The notes under the pieces are model-generated. The model ran no database searches and had not been told where the DNA came from. It saw only the letters and a program-made list of their open reading frames with translations. Of a stretch of DNA of 40,727 nt, positions 24,017 through 36,240 are shown in pieces; the first letter of the stretch is position 1; each line of letters begins with the position of its first letter. The translations under genes were made by a program, and so were the position numbers. This DNA is from Octopus bimaculoides. Taxonomy: Eukaryota. The stretch lies in contig NC_068983.1 in assembly GCF_001194135.2 (NCBI RefSeq), positions 4,819,756-4,860,482 of the forward strand, written 5' to 3'.

Positions 24017-25094
24017 TAATAATGTCAATGCTATTTTAAGGAATTCTTCACTATTTTAAAAATTATTCGAATAGAAATATGGTAACAAAAACGTTAAAAT
24101 GATGTAAAATAAACAAATATATATAAACGTCAGTCTACTTCTTTTGCATTCCATGTTTTAACACCCATTGAGCACAAATTTTCCTGTCATTGTTTTGTGT
24201 TTACATTTTCTTCATCATTTCTCAAATTTTTGTCTACCTGTTGTAACCACACACGTTGTACATCTGTTTGTCTCTCATTCCCCTCATTCCATTCATGCTA
24301 TTTCACCTATTTATCTATACACACACACACACACATTGCCATCATCATTTAACATCCGCTTTCCAAGCTGGTATGGATTGGATGGTTTGACACGGAGCTG
24401 TCTGAACTCCATTTCTCTGCTATGATATGGTTTCTATGATTCTATGGTTGGATGCCCTTCTTAATGCCAACCACTTAACAGAGTATGGTGGGTGCATTTT
24501 GCATGCCACTGGCATGAGTGTTGACACAGCTCTAGCATGGGTCTTTTTATGTGGCACCAGCACCCAAAAGGACAAATCCGTATAGATGGAAGACAGCGAT
24601 TTTACTTAGGGATATGACAAAATCTTCAGGAAATCAACAAGCTTAACTTTTTAACCAGCCATATCCAGCCAAAATATTCTACCTGTTTTATGTTCAAACT
24701 GGTCAGATCCAGCCTTTCAGACCTACCTTACAATGTTATTCTAAAAATAAACAACCACATCATCAAAATCTCGAAGCTACAACATAATACAAGATTAATT
24801 CAGAACAATGTGAATAAATTAGCATTATATTTGGCAGACTAATCTGAATGCTAAAGGGTTAAGTCAACAGGATTAATTGTTGCCACATTGAAGGTTACCC
24901 AACAAAATAAATTTATGTTTCATGTTCAAACTGGCCAAATCAGACCTCTCACCTAACCTACAATGTCATTCTAAAAATAAACAACCACAGGACGATGCAT
25001 GATTAATTGAAAACAATGTGAATAAAGAACATTTGACAAAGCAATCTGAATGCTGAAGAGGTTAGACAAGAAAAAGAATAAATGAAGCATTAAC

Positions 25095-25277
25095 CTTTCC
25101 AGGACGAGTGATGGCGACTATAATTTTGTTGAGATTGAAATCATCTCTGGTCAAATCTTCTTCGTCTTCCTCTGTATCATCTTCTTCAGACTCCACATCT
25201 TCATCATCATCCAACATGGAAGACGGCTGGTGGTGTCGATGACCCTGAAGCCTTTGTAATATGTACTGCAGTAACAT
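25095..25277 (-). CDS. EMC1: EMC1 coding exon (contains an acidic tract)
   Basis: tccgcag/gttaat. Encodes MLLQYILQRLQGHRHHQPSSMLDDDEDVESEEDDTEEDEEDLTRDDFNLNKIIVAITRPGK (human [20 protein letters not shown]). Confidence 0.92.
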
Positions 25278-25504
25278 CTGCGGATTGAGAAAATATCATC
25301 TGGGAACATTAGAAGCCTTCAAGTCGAAGAGGGGGACAGGCAAAATAACAGATGGAAATGGTTTCAAATTCTAGAACAAGGGCAACAACTGGTATTTATC
25401 TTATTGACCCAAAAAGGACGAAAGTCTAAGTGAACATCAACGGAAATTCTTGAAACAGAAGCAAATGCAGAATATAAAAACGGACAATGGAAGCGTGGCA
25501 TTAC

Positions 25505-25560
25505 CTTGACTTGTCCGATTTGAGAACTGATTCTTTTCATAAACATAGTCAGAACATCAT
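25505..25560 (-). CDS. EMC1: EMC1 coding exon
   Basis: tttctag/gtaatg. Encodes DVLTMFMKRISSQIGQVK (human GLLGMFLKRLSSQL). Confidence 0.92.
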
Positions 25561-26039
25561 CTAGAAAATACCAAATGATATAATTACATAAATAATTAAT
25601 GAAAGAAATATTTAGGTTGCTGAAGATTTTATAATTACTATTTACAAATTAGGTTTCTAACTTGTAAATACAGACTGGGTTGGTTTATAACATAGCCCCT
25701 AACCTCCACCCTTTTCACTGTTTCTGTTAAACAGATGTCTTTGAATTTGGAGATAAGCATGGTCATGTGGACACTTAGTTTGCTTTCTAATAACTTCAGC
25801 AGCTTCCAACAGAAGCTGTGGTGATTGTACTTGGCTCAATAGAAACTAGAGTAATTGTGGTTGGTGTAGTGCCTTGCCTCAGTAGGAATTGAGGTGGTTG
25901 TTGTGGATGTGTCTGTCTCCAACTGAAGTCGTAGTTGTTATGTCATGGTTTTCCTCATACAAGTCCAATATTGAAATTTGATTTGATATGGTAGAATTGC
26001 TTTAACTAGAAACTACTCTGTATGTATGTGTGTCAGATG

Positions 26040-26600
26040 CGCAATCTGAGGGCTGCCAAGATCAATGATGTTACAATGAGAAGTAGGTCTGAAGAGATGT
26101 TAGAGTGGAGGCAAGTAAATGTGTTGAGTACAAGAGGTAAGGTGGAGGAGAGCTTCAGTCAGACTCTTTATCGCAAAGAAACACAGGTGCAAATTCTTCT
26201 GGATTAGTAACAATCCCAGAATTGCTGGAGTAGTCATATTCTTGGCAGAGGAATAGATACCTGAAATAATTGGTGTATGTGACAGAATAATTAAATCAAT
26301 CATAGGTAACATGATATATCCACTGATCAATCAAGATTCACAGACATACAAAAGACCATTTCTCTGAGATCCATCTAGCAGACTGCTTTGATAACAGACA
26401 AAAACAACCTTGTTATCATGGTTGGTGACATCAATGGACATGTTAGGTAACAATATGATGACTATTTCATTATACATAGTGGCTGTGGTTATGGCACAAG
26501 GAATGAAGAAGAGATCAAGGTTCTTGGAGTTCTGTAATACAAATGACTTAACCATGCGCAATATTGACCACATTCGTCAGTCACCAGTTCATCTACCAAA
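26040..26600 (+). mobile_element. Decayed RTE-clade LINE AP-endonuclease remnant
   Basis: Fragments TMRSRSEEMLEWRQVNV, DINGHV, GCGYGTRNEE and FLEFCNTNDLTMRN in broken frames. Confidence 0.8.
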
Positions 26601-26708
26601 CTTTATACTAAGAAACTCATCTAGAAAAGCAGAAATGATTCACCCAACCCATGCCAGCATGGAAAGTGAATAGAAACAATGATGAAGTTGAAATTAAAAA
26701 GTAATTAC

Positions 26709-26825
26709 TTTGCTGGGAGCCAAATTCATCTTCAAACTTTGCCTGGGATTCTGACAATGGTAAATCAACCATTTCAACTGCAAAAATGTAAGCCAATGCT
26801 TCTTCTCTGCGCCATGCTACACGAC
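26709..26825 (-). CDS. EMC1: EMC1 coding exon
   Basis: gtttcag/gtaatt. Encodes RVAWRREEALAYIFAVEMVDLPLSESQAKFEDEFGSQQ. Confidence 0.96.
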
Positions 26826-27297
26826 CTGAAACATTCAAAGATATATGTATGTGTGTGTCTGCATATATATATATATATATATGGCATTACCTCAGGAAGC
26901 GTATGTTTGAAAAATTGAACGACAAAACCACTTACACACACAGTATAGAAACATCCTTCCAAAAGTGTTCTGCCATTGTTTTTTCTAAGATGCTTTAAAA
27001 TAATTAACAATTTTTATTTTTAGAAAATCGTTCTTCAAATACTGTGGCTGTATCAAATACTATTTAAAAAACTTCTAAAAAATGTGCGTGTACCATCATC
27101 ATTTAACATCTGTTGTCCATGCAGGCATGGGTTGAACAGTTTGACTAGGGCTAGTAAGCTAAGGGGGCTGCACAAGGTTCCAGTCTGATTTGGCATGGTT
27201 TCTACAGCTGGATGCCCTTCCTAACACCAACCCTTCTGAGATCATAAGTGGTGCTTTTATGTGCCACTGGCACAGGTGCCAGTTGCGTGACACCAAG

Positions 27298-27680
27298 ACA
27301 CAGGCATGGCCGTGTGGTAAGAAACTTGCTTCCCAACTACATGGTTCTGGATTCAGTCCTACTGCATGGCACCTTGGGCAAAGTGTCTTTTACTATACTC
27401 CTAGGCTGACCAAAGTTTTGTGAGTGGATTTCATAGATAGAAACTGAAAGAAGCCTGTTATGTGTGTTCTTGTGTCTGAATTTGCCCCCACTACTACCAC
27501 AACCACCATCATCATGTGACAACTGGTGTTGGTGTGTTTACATCCCTTAACTTAGCAGTTTGGCAAAAGAGACCGATAGAATAAGTAAGTACCAGGCTTA
27601 AAAAAAACAGTAAGTACTGTAGCCGATTCATTCAATTAAAATTCAAGCCAGTGCCCCAGCATAGCCACAGTCTAATGATT
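27298..27680 (+). mobile_element. tRNA-derived SINE (family B/C), near full length
   Basis: A-box-like ggccgtgtggtaag and B-box-like ggattcagtcc, body ggcaccttgggcaa...gaaagaagcc, a TG-rich linker, and a tail ending ccagcatagccacagtc. Confidence 0.8.
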
Positions 27681-27900
27681 GGCAGAAAACCACAAATTTT
27701 GAGGGGAGGGAATGGTGGATGATATTAACCAGTATTTGATTGGTATGATATTTTATCAAGCCCTGCCCCAGAAGGATGTAAAGCAAAGTCAAACATGGTA
27801 GGATTTGATCTCAGAGTATAAAGAGCCACATCTAAATACTGCAAGACATTTTGTCTGACACTCTTCCGATTCTACCAATCCATCAGAATATTCAACTCAC

Positions 27901-27997
27901 CAGCTTTGTGTATTAAATGTAAGGTGTAATCCTCAGATCGAAGCATCGTTTTATAACCAATTCGACCGTCTTTTTTGGAGAACAGAAGGGTATCGAT
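27901..27997 (-). CDS. EMC1: EMC1 coding exon
   Basis: tttctag/gtgagt. Encodes IDTLLFSKKDGRIGYKTMLRSEDYTLHLIHKA(G). Confidence 0.93.
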
Positions 27998-28170
27998 CTA
28001 GAAAAAGAGACAAGGGGGAGACTCAGCCAATGTCACAATTTCTGTGAAGTAACAAAAAATCTTCAGAAACACATGCAAACAATAGTACTGAAACATTAGT
28101 AAATTTATGCCTTTAAAACGTTTTAGTCTACCAAAAAATAATAGGTTAGCATAAAAGATAAAATTTAAAA

Positions 28171-28408
28171 AAGCACCCATGCTGGTGCCACATGAGAAAC
28201 ATTTGTGCTGGCATCACATGAAAAGCATCTATGCTGGTGCCACATGAGAAACATTCGTGCTGGCATCACATGAAAAGCATCCATGCTAGTGCCACATGAG
28301 AAACATTCGTGCTGGCATCACATGGAAAGCATCTATGCTGGTGCCACATGAGAAACATTCGTGCTGGCATCACATGGAAAGCATCTATGCTGGTGCCACA
28401 TGAGAAAT
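28171..28408 (+). repeat. 52-bp tandem repeat (~4.5 copies) built from two 26-bp subunits
   Basis: gctggtgccacatg-type anchor at 28181, 28233, 28285, 28337 and 28389 (exact 52-bp period). Confidence 0.92.
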
Positions 28409-30144
28409 GTTGGTGCTATGTAAAAGGCACCCAGTACATCTGTAAAATGGTTGGCGTTAGGAAGGGCACCCAGCCCTGTACAAATCAAGCCAAAACAGAC
28501 AATTGGGAGTTGGGTGCAGCCCTCTGGCTTGCCAGCTACTGCCAAGCATCTGACCCATGCCAGCATGGAAAAACAAAAGTTAAATGATGATGATGATGAT
28601 GATGTTAATTTCATCCAATCCTTTTCCAGTCTCAGCTGAAATCTTCTGAGATTATTGGCATTGTTGCTTTTGTTTTGATTGAGCAGATCTACAATCAAAG
28701 ATGTTCCAACCATGGCCATCCTACCTTTTTGTATATCAAGGACTACATTTGTCCAATGTGTCCTTCATTTTCTCAGACATCATTATCATTGTCATCTTAC
28801 CATCCACTTTTCCAAGCTTTCATGGGTTGGATAGAGTTTATTAAGGCAGATTGTCTATGGCCGGGTGCCCTTCCTGTCACCAACCCTCATGTGTTTCCAG
28901 GCAAGGTAATATTTTCCCCTTGGCCAGAAATGTTTTTGAGGAAGACTGAACATGAAGGACATTGTTTGTATCGTGTATCAAGACAAGGAGACACACACGC
29001 ACATGATGAGCTTTTTTCAGTTACTGTCAACCAAATTCAATCACCAGGCTTTGGTCAGCCTGTGGTTGTAGAAGACACTTGCCCAAAATGCCAAGGAGTG
29101 GAACTGAACCCCAGACCATGTGATTGGGAAAGAAAACTTCTTGACCACAGGCAATGTGGCTAATGCTGATCTTGTGTAACCAGCACCTGTGTCGGTGGCA
29201 CATAAAAATCACCTTTTGAGCATTGGGCTTCACAGAGGCAATGACAAATGGCCGAGACCTTTGGCAGCATTCTGTGCTTGAGTAGAAGACCTATCAAGCC
29301 AAGTGAAATTGCAGTTATGGCAGATAGTGGTGTCATGCAAATGGCACCTGTGCCAGTGGCACATAAAAGCACCCATTAAACTCTCAGAGTGGATCCAGTC
29401 TGTTTTGGCTTGCTTTCTACAGCTGGATGCCCTTCCTTATGCCAACCACTCCATAGGGTGTACCAGGTACCCTTAACATGTCACCAGTATGAGTGTCTTT
29501 TACATGTCACACCAGTGTCCCACAAATGGCACCTGTGCCGGTTTCACGTAAAAGTGCCCACTACACTCTCCAAGCGGTTGACGTTAGGAAGGACATCCAA
29601 TCATAGGAAACCATGCCAAATCAGACATGGGTCTGGTGCAGCCTTCCAGCTTAGCAGCCTTGTTCAAACCGTCCAACCCATGCCAGCATGGACAGTGGAC
29701 GTTAAATGATGATAATGATATATATATGTACATATCAGTGTGTATAGCATTTAAATGCATATAACAAGCAGTATAAAACAGTACTAGCTGTAATATTTTC
29801 TCCAGAGCCATTCCACATTAGTATAGACATTGTACATGTTATACACACTGGTGTATATGGCAATTTCAACTGCATGCACACATGTGTGTGTGTGTGCATA
29901 TACAAGTTAATGTAACATCTCTGATGTGTGGTTGACGTTGTTTGAAGCTCATCTGTAAATTAAGTTCTGGAAAAAAACTTTGGCAGGAAAAGTATTTTGA
30001 AGGCTGTGAATCTGAGGAGGAAGGATAAAGTTAAATCATTTACGTAGGGTTTAGAGGAGGAGGAGGAGGCAAAGCAGATAAATATGGGGTGTAATTGTTA
30101 TATAATGCATAAATCAACACAGATTCTCATTGAGACACACTTAC

Positions 30145-30249
30145 CTTCCCTGGTTTACCATGCGATTTGGAATAAGATATTTTATGGGTTAAATCTCGAA
30201 CACGAACCAGGGATCCAGAAGAAAGTTCAAACCCAGACATTTTGAGAAG
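30145..30249 (-). CDS. EMC1: EMC1 coding exon
   Basis: tcaacag/gtaagt. Encodes LLKMSGFELSSGSLVRVRDLTHKISYSKSHGKPGK; phase 0-0. Confidence 0.85.
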
Positions 30250-31278
30250 CTGTTGAAAGAGAAAAAAAAATACATCAAGGAAAACTAATAAAGATCTGGA
30301 GATGAAATAATATTAAGGGTCATACAGAAAGTGGTATTTTGTCACACCATGTCAAAGTCACCAAGAATTCTTCTTGCGAACATTTGATCAAGTTGCAACT
30401 GTCCAAGCAGTCTCACATGAATCCTCTATGATCAGGGCCAATAAGAGGTGGGATTCTGCTGATTCAGGGCCTGGAAATCTAAGAAGGAAGTGCCACAAAG
30501 TTTTAATGGTAAGCATCTTCTAGTCCCTTTCCAGGGGCAATAACATACAGCGCATTCAACCGGGGACAAATTTTTCTCAGAAGCCCTGCTTATGATTTAC
30601 TGTGAAGAATTAGAATGATAGAAGACAAAGCAAACTTAGAAAAACCCCCAATTAAGAACGCCTGCAGCAAAGACCTGATTTCGATAGTTCCATCTTGGGT
30701 ATCATCTTCATCATTTAACACCCTTCTTTCAGGCTGGCACAGATTGGACACTCTGAAAGGAGCCAACAATTCACAGAAGAGCACCATGCTCCTCCAATGT
30801 CTGCTTTGGCATGGTTTCTACACCTGGGTGACCTTCCCAATGCCAACCATTTTATAAACAGAACTGGGTGCGTTTTATGTGGTACTGGCACTAGTGAGGT
30901 CAACAAGTAACTCCCAATACTAAAGATTCCCCTCAACTGAGTGGGAATATAACAGAGAGAGAGAAGTGGCTTTATTTCAGGTGTTGAGAGATTAAAGCAG
31001 AATATCCGCCAAATGTAAATAATGTAAACAATGTACATAATTCCTCATCTCTCAAATATAGAACTGTAGGTTTCTTGCTGCAGAGGAAGCACCTGGCTAC
31101 CCTCAAACTATTTCAATTGTAAGTAATTTCCAGCCCCATATTTGGAAACTATAAAGGGGAAAAAGTTATAATGATTTTAGTTATGGGTTTCAACTTATAA
31201 TCTCTTTGACTGTCCAGAGATGATCTCAAACTGAATGCCATGTTACGAGTGTGTGTTACAACTATTTAAATATCATAC

Positions 31279-31350
31279 CTCTGTACCAGTCATCTCCAGT
31301 GTAATCAGCATTGATTTATCTCCATGTTTGGTTAAATGGGCACACAGGAG
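31279..31350 (-). CDS. EMC1: EMC1 coding exon
   Basis: tcttcag/gtatga. Encodes LLCAHLTKHGDKSMLITLEMTGTE; positional match to human VSFATTGEKTVAAVM. Confidence 0.8.
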
Positions 31351-32019
31351 CTGAAGATAAAGGTTAGACATGTTGTTATATAACATCTACTCTTGAAAAT
31401 ATTCAGTTTACATAAGAATGGAATATTTGCTCATTACATGAGACAGGAAAATGTCATAGGAAAAATTAAATCAAATAGAAATATTGTATAGTTGTGCATT
31501 TCAACTTTGCCAGCACGACTGCTGTGTTATGCCTTCAATTCTGTACAGAAATCCTGTTGTTTTTTAGTCTTCCTGATGAAGGAGTAACGACATAGCTGAT
31601 CAAGGTGATTGATATAGTGGCCAATCATCATCATCATCATCATCATTTAACGTCCATTTTCCATGCTGGCGTGGGATGTACAGTCTGACAAGAGGTGGTA
31701 AGTTGCATCAGACTCCAGTTGTCTGTTTTGGTTTGGTTCCTTTGGCTGGATGCCCTTCCTTAAGCCAACCACTTTATAGAGTATACTAGGTGCTTTTTAC
31801 CTGGTACCAGCACAGGAGCCAGTCGGGGCAAGGGAGCTGGCAAATTCCTAAATATTATTTCATTGCCTCGTTCAGGGAAGACGTAGTATGGTAATCTCAG
31901 TCCCTCGTATGCCACAAAAACCAAGTTTCAGCCTTATGAATCCTGGGGACTCACAACAGACCTAATATATTAACAGGGTTTAAATTAATACCAGGCTTGG
32001 AAATGAAAACCAGACGCTA

Positions 32020-32245
32020 CTTAAACCTTTTGAAACCAATCCACCTCAGACCACCCTTATGATAAAACTCCCCTCTTGTAAATTGATCTAAATTAAAACC
32101 TGCCATCAAATTTTCTTGTTAATCTATGTTCCAAACACCAGTTTGATAATGGAAGTTATTTTTTAAAAAATTCTTCATTATTCTAAAAATCAATTGAAAC
32201 CAACACAGTATATTTCAATATGAATATGGTGACAAAAGGGTTCAA
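32020..32245 (+). mobile_element. piggyBac-like MITE (family G); related copies at ~11360-11718, ~23700-24095 and ~40365-40520
   Basis: Shared core ...atgttcc(a/t)aacaccagcttaataat...ttatttt and end aaatatggt(a/g)acaaaagggtt. The copy at 40364 starts TTAACCCTTT. Confidence 0.65.
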
Positions 32246-32668
32246 TTCAGAGTGAGCCTGAACTAAACCATCGAGCAGATTTCAATCTGAATGCTGGATC
32301 TACCAACACAGCAAATACAACTTTAGGTCTAAGCATTAGATCTACAGATCTTCAAAGGTGTGGAATTAGCTGCTCCAATGCCATAGATATTCTTAGGGCT
32401 TTTCAACAAAAGCAATTACTCGTCGAAGAGCGTTGGCTCGAAATGTAAAAGACTTTCTTACTTCCCAAGCATTAAATTAATACGTTTGCTTGTTGTTTAC
32501 ACACCCATCTTCATCTTTTGTTTTCTTGTAAACTCTCACGATATATTATGACAGCAATTGTTTAAGGAGACAACTCTAGGCAAAAGTCTAACTCATGTTA
32601 ACCACAAGAAAAGAAAAACAAACAAAATGATGAAAACAAAAAAAATAAATGGTACTTCAAAACGTTAC

Positions 32669-32830
32669 CTTGTCAAATGGTGCCATTAATGATACTGGAC
32701 CATCTAAAGCAACTTTAAGTAAGGCTGTGTAACCAAAATGTAAACGAGCCAACAACAGGCCAGATTTCATACTGAATATCTCTCCACCTGCATATTCCAA
32801 AGCAGTTATAGAGTCTGAAATACCAAGATC
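32669..32830 (-). CDS. EMC1: EMC1 coding exon
   Basis: tttacag/gtaacg. Encodes DLGISDSITALEY...LLARLHFGYTALLKVALDGPVSLMAPFDK. Confidence 0.85.
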
Positions 32831-32929
32831 CTGTAAATATGCCAAAGTAAATCATTATAAAGTTGTAATGGAGAGGAACTGTGGTTAGTCTGCAGGTTGG
32901 AGAGAAATGTGAATGAGACCTGGACTTAC

Positions 32930-33035
32930 AGTGAGTAAGGTTGGAATAAATGTTACACCATTATTCAAAGGCAGCAACATTAGACTCAAGGAACTGTTAT
33001 CAAAGCAGGTAAGATGATATGATGTCATTATGCAA
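32930..33035 (-). CDS. EMC1: EMC1 coding exon
   Basis: ctttcag/gtaagt. Encodes (N)CIMTSYHLTCFDNSSLSLMLLPLNNGVTFIPTLLT; two Cys align with human ACGVV...LVC. Confidence 0.88.
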
Positions 33036-33521
33036 CTGAAAGAAAAGAAAAATAACAGAGCCATTTAGAATTAAATAATTACACACACACACACACAACT
33101 AACAATTCAAACATTGAGTAGGAGTTAGCTAAACAGTTTGTGTACCTTGTCCTGGGGTACACAACATCAAAGGCTCATAGCCAATGTGATGGCACAGATC
33201 AATTCCTGATAAGCATAGCAGAGTTCACAATAGAGCATGTGATGTTATCTCGGATAAGTGAAAAATGAATCAATGATAAACAAGGATGGATGTCCATGGA
33301 AACATTGTGGAAAAATAGGATTATCCCTCTCCTTGGGGTGGTGACATCATCCATCACCTTATTTAATGCCATCTCTACATCTATGGGTTCGTTAACCCTT
33401 TAGCATCCAGATTAGTCTGTTAAGTGTAATGCCTGTTTATTCCCATTGATTTGAATCAATCAGGCTTCATCTCATAGCTTTGAAATGTCAATGACACGAT
33501 TGCTTATTTCTAGAATAATAT

Positions 33522-33713
33522 TTATTTCTTTATTGCCCACAGGGGGTTAAATATAGAGGGGACAGACAAGGACAGACAAAGGGATTAAGTTGATTACATC
33601 AACTCCATTTAATCGACCCTGAAAGGATGAAAGGCTAAGTCGACCGTGGCAGAATTTCAACTCAGAATGTAGCGGCAGACGATATATCGCTAAGCATTTT
33701 GCCCGGTCGTCAC
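33522..33713 (-). mobile_element. Family D SINE with a 19-bp TSD, inside a family F MITE
   Basis: CTTATTTCTAGAATAATAT at 33503-33521 and 33714-33732. Confidence 0.85.
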
Positions 33714-33845
33714 CTTATTTCTAGAATAATATTGTAGGGTAAGTGTGAAAGGTCAGACCTGACCAGTTTGAACAGAAAACAAAAAAGTGGGGTAGAATAT
33801 TTTTCATTATTATAGTTGCAACCAGAGAAAGTTGGAAGAACTTAC

Positions 33846-34004
33846 TTGCTGTCACTTGATAACCATGCTGCCGAAATGGTCTTTGAAGATTTGGGATTTC
33901 CTTCATTGTTAATGACAATGATTTCAGCATGAGAATTAGGAACTATACCAACAACATAAACATCTCGCTCAATAATATTCAAATAAACATTCTTTATATT
34001 CTTC
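33846..34004 (-). CDS. EMC1: EMC1 coding exon
   Basis: tttgcag/gtaagt. Encodes KNIKNVYLNIIERDVYVVGIVPNSHAEIIVINNEGNPKSSKTISAAWLSSDS. Confidence 0.9.
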
Positions 34005-34489
34005 CTGCAAAGAAGAAAAGAAACATTTTGAGAGAGATATGAATTAGTAATTAGACTATTGGGAAAATATATAAACAAACACATACATACATACATACAT
34101 AATGAACAACTAAGGTATTTGTTGAGGCAGATTTTCTACAGCTGGACGCTCTTCTTGTCACCAACCTTCACATGTTTCCAAGCAATGGAATATTTCCCCA
34201 CAGCCAGATATTTTGTCCATGGAAGACTGGAAATGAACAGCATCACCTGTATGATGGTGATGCTTATTTACAACCATCACAAGATGTTTAGACAAAGGTA
34301 CACATACACACACACACACACACACATTTATATATCTGATGGGCTTCTTTCAGTTTCCATCCACCAAATCCATTCACAAGGCTTTGGTCAGCCAAGGGCT
34401 ATAGTAGAAGACACCCAAGACCACATGGTTTGGAAGCAAGTTTCTTAACCACACACCGACAACCAGTTCCACAACTGTCTTCCCACTTC

Positions 34490-34640
34490 ACAATTAATGC
34501 CGGCACAATGAAAGGAAGGATCAGTGGAATTATTGAAATGCTGGATGGGATCTTCAGGAGAAGGAACAAGCTACCAAAGTATCAACAAGGAGAACAGACG
34601 TCAAATTTGCTTTGGAAAGCTTGTATTGTATTGAAGGCTG
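34490..34640 (+). mobile_element. RTE endonuclease N-terminal fragment
   Basis: TINAGTMKGRISGIIEML resembles the RTE motif TLNVGTMxGRSxEIVEML. Confidence 0.6.
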
Positions 34641-35764
34641 ACTGGCATGTAAAAAGCACCATTTGAGTATAGTCATTGCCAGTGCCACCTGACTGGCCCT
34701 CGTGCCGGTGGCACGTAAAAAGCACCGACTACACTCTCGGAGTGGTTGGCATTAGGAAGGGCATCCAGCTGTAGAAACATTGCCAGATTAGATAGGAGCC
34801 TGGGGCAGCCTGCTGGCTCTCCAGCCCTCAGTCAAACTGTCCAACTCATGCCAGCATGGAAAGCGGACGTTAAACGACAATGATAATGATGATATAACCA
34901 AAAAAAAAAAGCGATATAATGAACGAGAGGGACCCATTAGGTGACATATTCAACCTGCTAGAAACAGCAGTTACATACTTTGTTTAGTGATACAACACAA
35001 TGGAATGGCTGCAGTGAACTCTCCAGATGACCATCTATAGTCATGAACCCAAAGATGGCACTTCAAGGGTTGCATGGTGAAGAAGCATACTTTGCAACCC
35101 CATGGTTTCAGGTTCAGTCCCACTGTGCAGCACCTCGAGTAAGTGTCTTCTATTATAGCCCTGAGCCAACCAGTGCCTTATGAGTAAATTTGGATAGCAG
35201 GGACTGTGTAGAAGTCTATTGTGTGTGTCTGTCTGTCTCTATATCTCTTGTATTTGTCATTAGTGTTGTTGGTTTGTTTACGTCTCCTTAACTTAGCAGT
35301 TTGGCAAAAGGGGCCAATAGAAAAACTACCAGACTTCAAAGAAATAAGTACAGGGGTCGACTTGTTCAACTGAAACCTACCAAGCGGATGCCTTAGCATA
35401 GCCACAGTTTAATGTCTAAAACGAGTAAAAGATAAACTTCCATCATCATCATCATCATTTTAGCTTCTGCTTTTTCCTTCTTCCAATGCTACCATGGGTT
35501 AAATGGGACTTTTTGAGGAAATATTCCCCCATGGCCTTTGCTGCTGCCAATCTTCACTTGTTTCCAACTCAGGTGATGTTTCCCTTGGTCTTTCAAATAA
35601 TGAACAGTTCAAAAGCAAGACACATTTTCACAGCAGATGTAAACAATGGCACCGTCTCTAGGGTGACATTTCCATACGGCACTTACACGAGAGCAAGACA
35701 ATACAAGACATAAACGGACACTCACTCACACACACACGGACAGCTTCCCATAGTGTCAACTTAC

Positions 35765-35855
35765 ATTTTAGGCAAAGACATTCTCCATATTTCAGAACCA
35801 TCAGAAATTCTTAGATTGAATAAGAGATCATCATGAAGAACAACAATACTCTCAG
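35765..35855 (-). CDS. EMC1: EMC1 coding exon
   Basis: tttgcag/gtaagt. Encodes ESIVVLHDDLLFNLRISDGSEIWRMSLPK. Confidence 0.88.
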
Positions 35856-35879
35856 CTGCAAACAGAGATAACATTAACA

Positions 35880-36012
35880 GATTATTATTATCAATTATTA
35901 TCATTATTATTATCAATTATTATTTTTTTTATTATTATTATCAATTGTTATTATTATTATTATTATTATCAATTATTATTATTATTATTATTATTATCAG
36001 TTATTATTATTT
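35880..36012. repeat. (ATT)n microsatellite interrupted by TCA
   Basis: Direct reading of the sequence. Confidence 0.95.
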
Positions 36013-36014
36013 AA

Positions 36015-36240
36015 GGCAGTGAGCTGCCAGAATTGTTAGCATGCTGGACGAAATGCTTAGCGGTATTTCACCCGTCGCCACATTCTGAGTTCAAATTCTG
36101 CTGAGGTCAACTTTGCCTTTCATACTTTCAGTATCAATGAAACACTGAGGATGATGTAATCAACAATCTCCCTCCCCACAAAATCCAGGCCTTGTGCCTA
36201 TAGTAGAAAGGATTATTATTATTGTTATTATTATTATTTG
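36015..36240 (+). mobile_element. Family D SINE (others at ~3250-3385, ~14085-14250, ~27690-27870)
   Basis: ggcagtgagctgccagaattgttagc...gagttcaaattc...ctttgcctttcat...ggccttgtgcctatagtagaaagg followed by (ATT)n. Confidence 0.8.

Noticed and set aside
28171-28408. CRISPR-like array
   Set aside because: The inter-repeat segments are themselves near-identical, so there are no unique spacers. The context is eukaryotic, has no cas genes, and is continuous with a retroelement.
30290-30560. Possible LINE endonuclease remnant (LGDFD-like) on the minus strand
   Set aside because: Only one short motif is recognisable and the frames are broken.
31570-31600. CTGATGAAGG as another hammerhead
   Set aside because: No stem II or GAAA follows.
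33150-33270. Possible EMC1 exon (DNITCSIVNSAML...)
   Set aside because: Stops occur in all frames, and exon 32930-33035 already fills this position with correct phases.
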